Assembly: GCA_012295275.1 (NCBI GenBank) | Contig: CM022676.1 | Span: forward strand, 3,596,001-3,660,000 | Reading direction: 5' to 3' | DNA: 64,000 nt | DNA from: Chrysomallon squamiferum | Lineage: Eukaryota > Animalia > Mollusca | Shown here: piece by piece, positions 59,990 to 64,000 of the stretch | How the letters are laid out: every line of letters starts with the position of its first letter | Numbering within the stretch: the first letter of the stretch is position 1 | Notes under the pieces: model-generated | Databases searched by the model: none | Told to the model about the DNA's origin: nothing | Seen by the model: the letters and a program-made list of their open reading frames with translations, nothing else | Program-made: the position numbers and the translations under genes

Positions 59990-60320
59990 CGTTCAGCGGC
60001 GGCCATATTGATTTAAGACGGACGAGTTCGCGCGTGCTGCTACTCAGTACTCTGCGCTGGTGAACGAGACACGTCTGTGATTACCTGTCGTGTAATCACC
60101 CACATTAACAGCGACTCGTCACAGCAGGACCACGTGTGTTTGTTCCTCGTCTTGTACGAGGCGTTTTGTTTCCGTTAATCATTCTTCGACAGGGACACGT
60201 TTCCAAACAACAGCCGCTGCAGTGTGCACGCGCTTTGCCCTGTTTGGCGTGCGCACATAATTACAGGGGAGGTAATCGCCCCCGTTTTTCTGCCAGCCGC
60301 CCCCACCCCCCTATCCCTCA
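59990..60320. promoter_or_regulatory. CpG-rich regulatory-like island
   Basis: GGCGGCCATATT at 59998-60009, an Inr-like TCAGT near 60044, inverted repeat GTGATTAC-N7-GTAATCAC at 60077-60099, and CACGTG at 60131-60136. Confidence 0.35.
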
Positions 60321-61024
60321 AGACAAAATATAACACCACTGTCACGATTTCGACTGCCAATTCAGGACATATCTATTATTGCACCATTCACCCACCATAC
60401 TTTTTTTTTTTGTACTGAGAGGTTTTACCTTTTTGTTTTAATTATATAATTAGACTTTTTTTTTTCATCATGGACGGTTTGACTTGCAAGATAATATGAG
60501 TTTTAATTATTATGAAGGTGCGCAACCTCCTCTCTGTTGTTCAGCTCCTGGAACCACCCCTGGTTTTTCAATATTCAGGAGACGGGAGTCAAGTTGATTT
60601 AAAAAAAGACAGCTGCATTCATCACATAGCGAACTGTGGACTGTGAAGTTATTTTTGGCAGTTGTTTTGTTCCAAAAATCTGTTTCCTCAGTGTTTTTGG
60701 TCCTGTTGTCGACGTCGTTGGAATGGTGTGTGTCTGTGTGTCTGTGGTCTTGCTTTTATGTAATTATTTTCCGCATGTTAATGTTTATGTTATTTGTTTG
60801 TGTTTGTGTATTTAAGAGTGATTGAGAGTGTTGTGTCAAAGTCAGAACAAGAGATGAATGGAGTAACAGGCAGATAAACAGAACGATAGAAATGCAAAAC
60901 GGTTTGTATGAGAGAGATGCAGATACTGACATTAGATACAAAAACAGACAGATATGATGTTGGTTGGATGAATGGATTGATGGATCGACTGTTAGGCAGA
61001 GAGACATATGGACAGAGACAGAGA

Positions 61025-61132
<108 letters not shown>

Positions 61133-62108
61133 CACACACACGTAGAGAGAGAGACATAGATATTCACATCTCTGCTCTTAGCTTAAACCTAATATTTGTA
61201 CACATGCAAAAATACAAACACTTTTCAACAATACATAACTAACACAGATACTCAGTGCCAAACAACAAATCTGAGACACATTTTCTAAAATCTCTCCTTT
61301 CTCTTCTTTCCCATTTTTCCCTCCAGCCTACCCGGGTCCTTGAGATCGAAACGCATCGGAACAGAATCTTGCCCCAACAAACTCTCGATTTTACTCTTTG
61401 AAAAAAAAAAAAAAAACCCCAGAACAACGACGAAAACATCCTCCTATCCGCGCGTTGTGTATTAATTACGACGACGTTGCAGTCGGTGCTTGCTGCTAAG
61501 ACGACGGATGGGCGAGCAACGACGAAGTCAAAGAAAAAGAAATAAATATTTCACCAGCGTACACAGTCCTTGAAAATGATCGAGCCTCGCAATTGGCTCT
61601 GACGTGCACGACGGCGACACTTTGAACCGACTGGCAATTGCCAGAGGATGATGATGCACCGTTGGCGTTATTCGGTCAATACCCGTTTTCCGCGTGTAAT
61701 GTATGCGATTTCTGACACGACCGGATCGAAGCCAATCATCCGGACAAATAGGCAATTGACAAAGGTCTTTCAGGGTTGTTAATATTTTCCCAGTATTCAT
61801 CAGCGTCTTGGAAATCTCGTATTAATGACAGCCAGTGTTGCTGCTCTCTTCTTGAAATAGAGAGAGAAAGAGAGACTGAGTCCTGAAATAGAAACAGTCG
61901 GAGAATAGAAATAGATCATGGATTTGAGGTGTTTATCCAATACAGACTTTTATTAAATGTAGATGTTACGTAGAATAGATGCAGTCATAGATTAGCTAAA
62001 TAAATGTACAATAGAGACGTTTTTTAAAATAGAGATGATACATAGAATATATATACACACACACATACATACACTCACACACACACACACATCTACCCAT
62101 CCATCCAT

Positions 62109-62215
<107 letters not shown>

Positions 62216-63508
62216 AATACAGTAAAAATTGTTCATGTTTTAGGGAAAATCATATAAATCAAACTTCAAGAAAAAACCCCATCTTTTACAAAAAGAGATA
62301 ATTCTAAAACAGAGACAGACCAAATATAGTGTCAACCAAAAAAAAAAACCCACAAAGACAGAAAGACAGCCATAAAGTAGATAAAGTAATAGATTTGGTG
62401 TTGTCCTAATTTCGAAGAAAAAGTTATAGAACAACAGACCGCCATAGCTTTTTTCTTTTATTTTATTTTCAACCCTAGACGCACTGAAATAAAGATAAAA
62501 AAGAGAAATCCATTCCATTAATTCACCATTAATTTAGCTTTGTAAAAAGCTTTTTTTAAAAAAAAAGCGAATTTGATTACAAAACTCGAGTTATCAAGTC
62601 AATTTTATTTTATTTTTTCTTGTTTTAATATTTTTTTTTCTTTGATGTCATTCATAATTAATGGTTGAGTTTTGTTTGATCACTGAATATCTGTTTGATA
62701 TAAAAATAAAAAAAAAAAAAAAAAAAAAAAAAAAAGAAAAAAAAAACAAATTACAAAAAAAAAAAAAAAAAAAAAAAAAAGTATTAAAAAAAAAAAAATT
62801 CAATTAAATAGAATAGAATTTTTTTTTTGCCCTTCTCTTTTCCTCTTTCTTATATACAGTTTTTTAAAGATAATTTTCTTAAAATATAGTTACTTATTTA
62901 GCTACTGTAATTTTCATTTGAAACGACAAGAATAAAAGAAAGTAAAAAAAAAAAAACGAACGTTTTAAACAACATACCAAACAGCAATGGTTACTAAAAT
63001 TAGTAATATTGTGACTGTTCGAACAAACGTCTTCAGAGACTGTGTTCCTGTCCATGCAGTCTGTCTGGACTTTTTCTAACGGCATCAGAAAATCCGCTTT
63101 ATTCTTGATTAGTATATTACCTTACAGTGAAGTTTAGATGTTGGATTCTTGGCAAGATATAATCTGTCTTTATCTTCAGAATTAAATATAGAATTTATTT
63201 TCTAAAACAAAGAACACATATACAAATACATACGATCTCTTTCTATGTCTGTCTGTCTGTCTGTCTGTATGTATGTATATATAATATTATATATGTGTCT
63301 GTTTACATCCTTCTCTCTCTATCTCTCTCTGCATCTCCCCCCTCTCTGATTATTCAAACCCGCCACACATACACACACACAGACACACGGACACAATTTA
63401 AATTATTTTTTCAGCAACTTTTGAATCATATTTCAAACACAAACAAAGAAACAACTGCCGTGAATAACTTCACTTATCAATAATCATTTTACTTACTTTT
63501 CATTTCAG

Positions 63509-63548
63509 ATCGCAGATATTTCCACTTCATCTTTGAACGCTCAAGTCA
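63509..63548 (+). other. Candidate 40-nt micro-exon
   Basis: Strong acceptor TTTTACTTACTTTTCATTTCAG| ending at 63508 and donor CA|GTAAGT at 63549. Two frames are open (IADISTSSLNAQV and RRYFHFIFERSS); neither peptide is recognised. Confidence 0.5.
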
Positions 63549-63604
63549 GTAAGTAGATAATGTTATTGTCGTTTTTGTGATGGTAATATTGATTTTATTA
63601 TGGT

Positions 63605-63660
<56 letters not shown>

Positions 63661-64000
63661 TGTATAAGCTGAATGACAAAGATAGAGTCTGAAATGACTA
63701 AAGATATGTATATTACATACACACACAGACAAACACACACACATAACAACAACAACAGCAACAACAATAATAATAATACTATTAATAATAATAATAACAA
63801 CAACAACAACAACCACAACACCAATAATAATAACAATAACAACATCAATAACAATAACAAAAACAACAACAACAGCAGCAGCAACAACAACAACACCAAC
63901 AGCAGTCTCTACTAATTACGTGATGTTTCGTAACAGTATATCGCAACATCTCTGAATTTTAAAAAGATCTCATAACACGGAAATCATGCGACGTCAAATC

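Overview
AT-rich eukaryotic (invertebrate metazoan) genomic DNA, almost certainly intronic or intergenic. The repeat style is most like a gastropod mollusc, but this is an inference. The window alternates long microsatellites ((AG)n, (AC)n, (AT)n, (AAT)n, (ACT)n, (TACA)n, poly-A/T) with 0.3-0.8 kb islands of unique, CpG-containing, motif-dense sequence. I recognise no protein-coding gene, tRNA, rRNA, miRNA or CRISPR array. Nearly all ORFs in the supplied track are read-throughs of simple repeats. The best-supported features are a 112-bp 5'-truncated retroposon insertion with a perfect 13-bp target-site duplication (46321-46458), a degenerate tRNA-derived SINE (~37255-37600), and several minisatellites and local duplications. 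More tentatively, there are + strand splice-signal candidates: ATG-free leader-like exons ending at 13100/13185 and 26539, a donor at 3015, and a 40-nt micro-exon at 63509-63548. These would fit the 5' regulatory half of one large multi-promoter gene. I found no demonstrably novel biological system; the findings below are hypotheses ranked by how testable they are.
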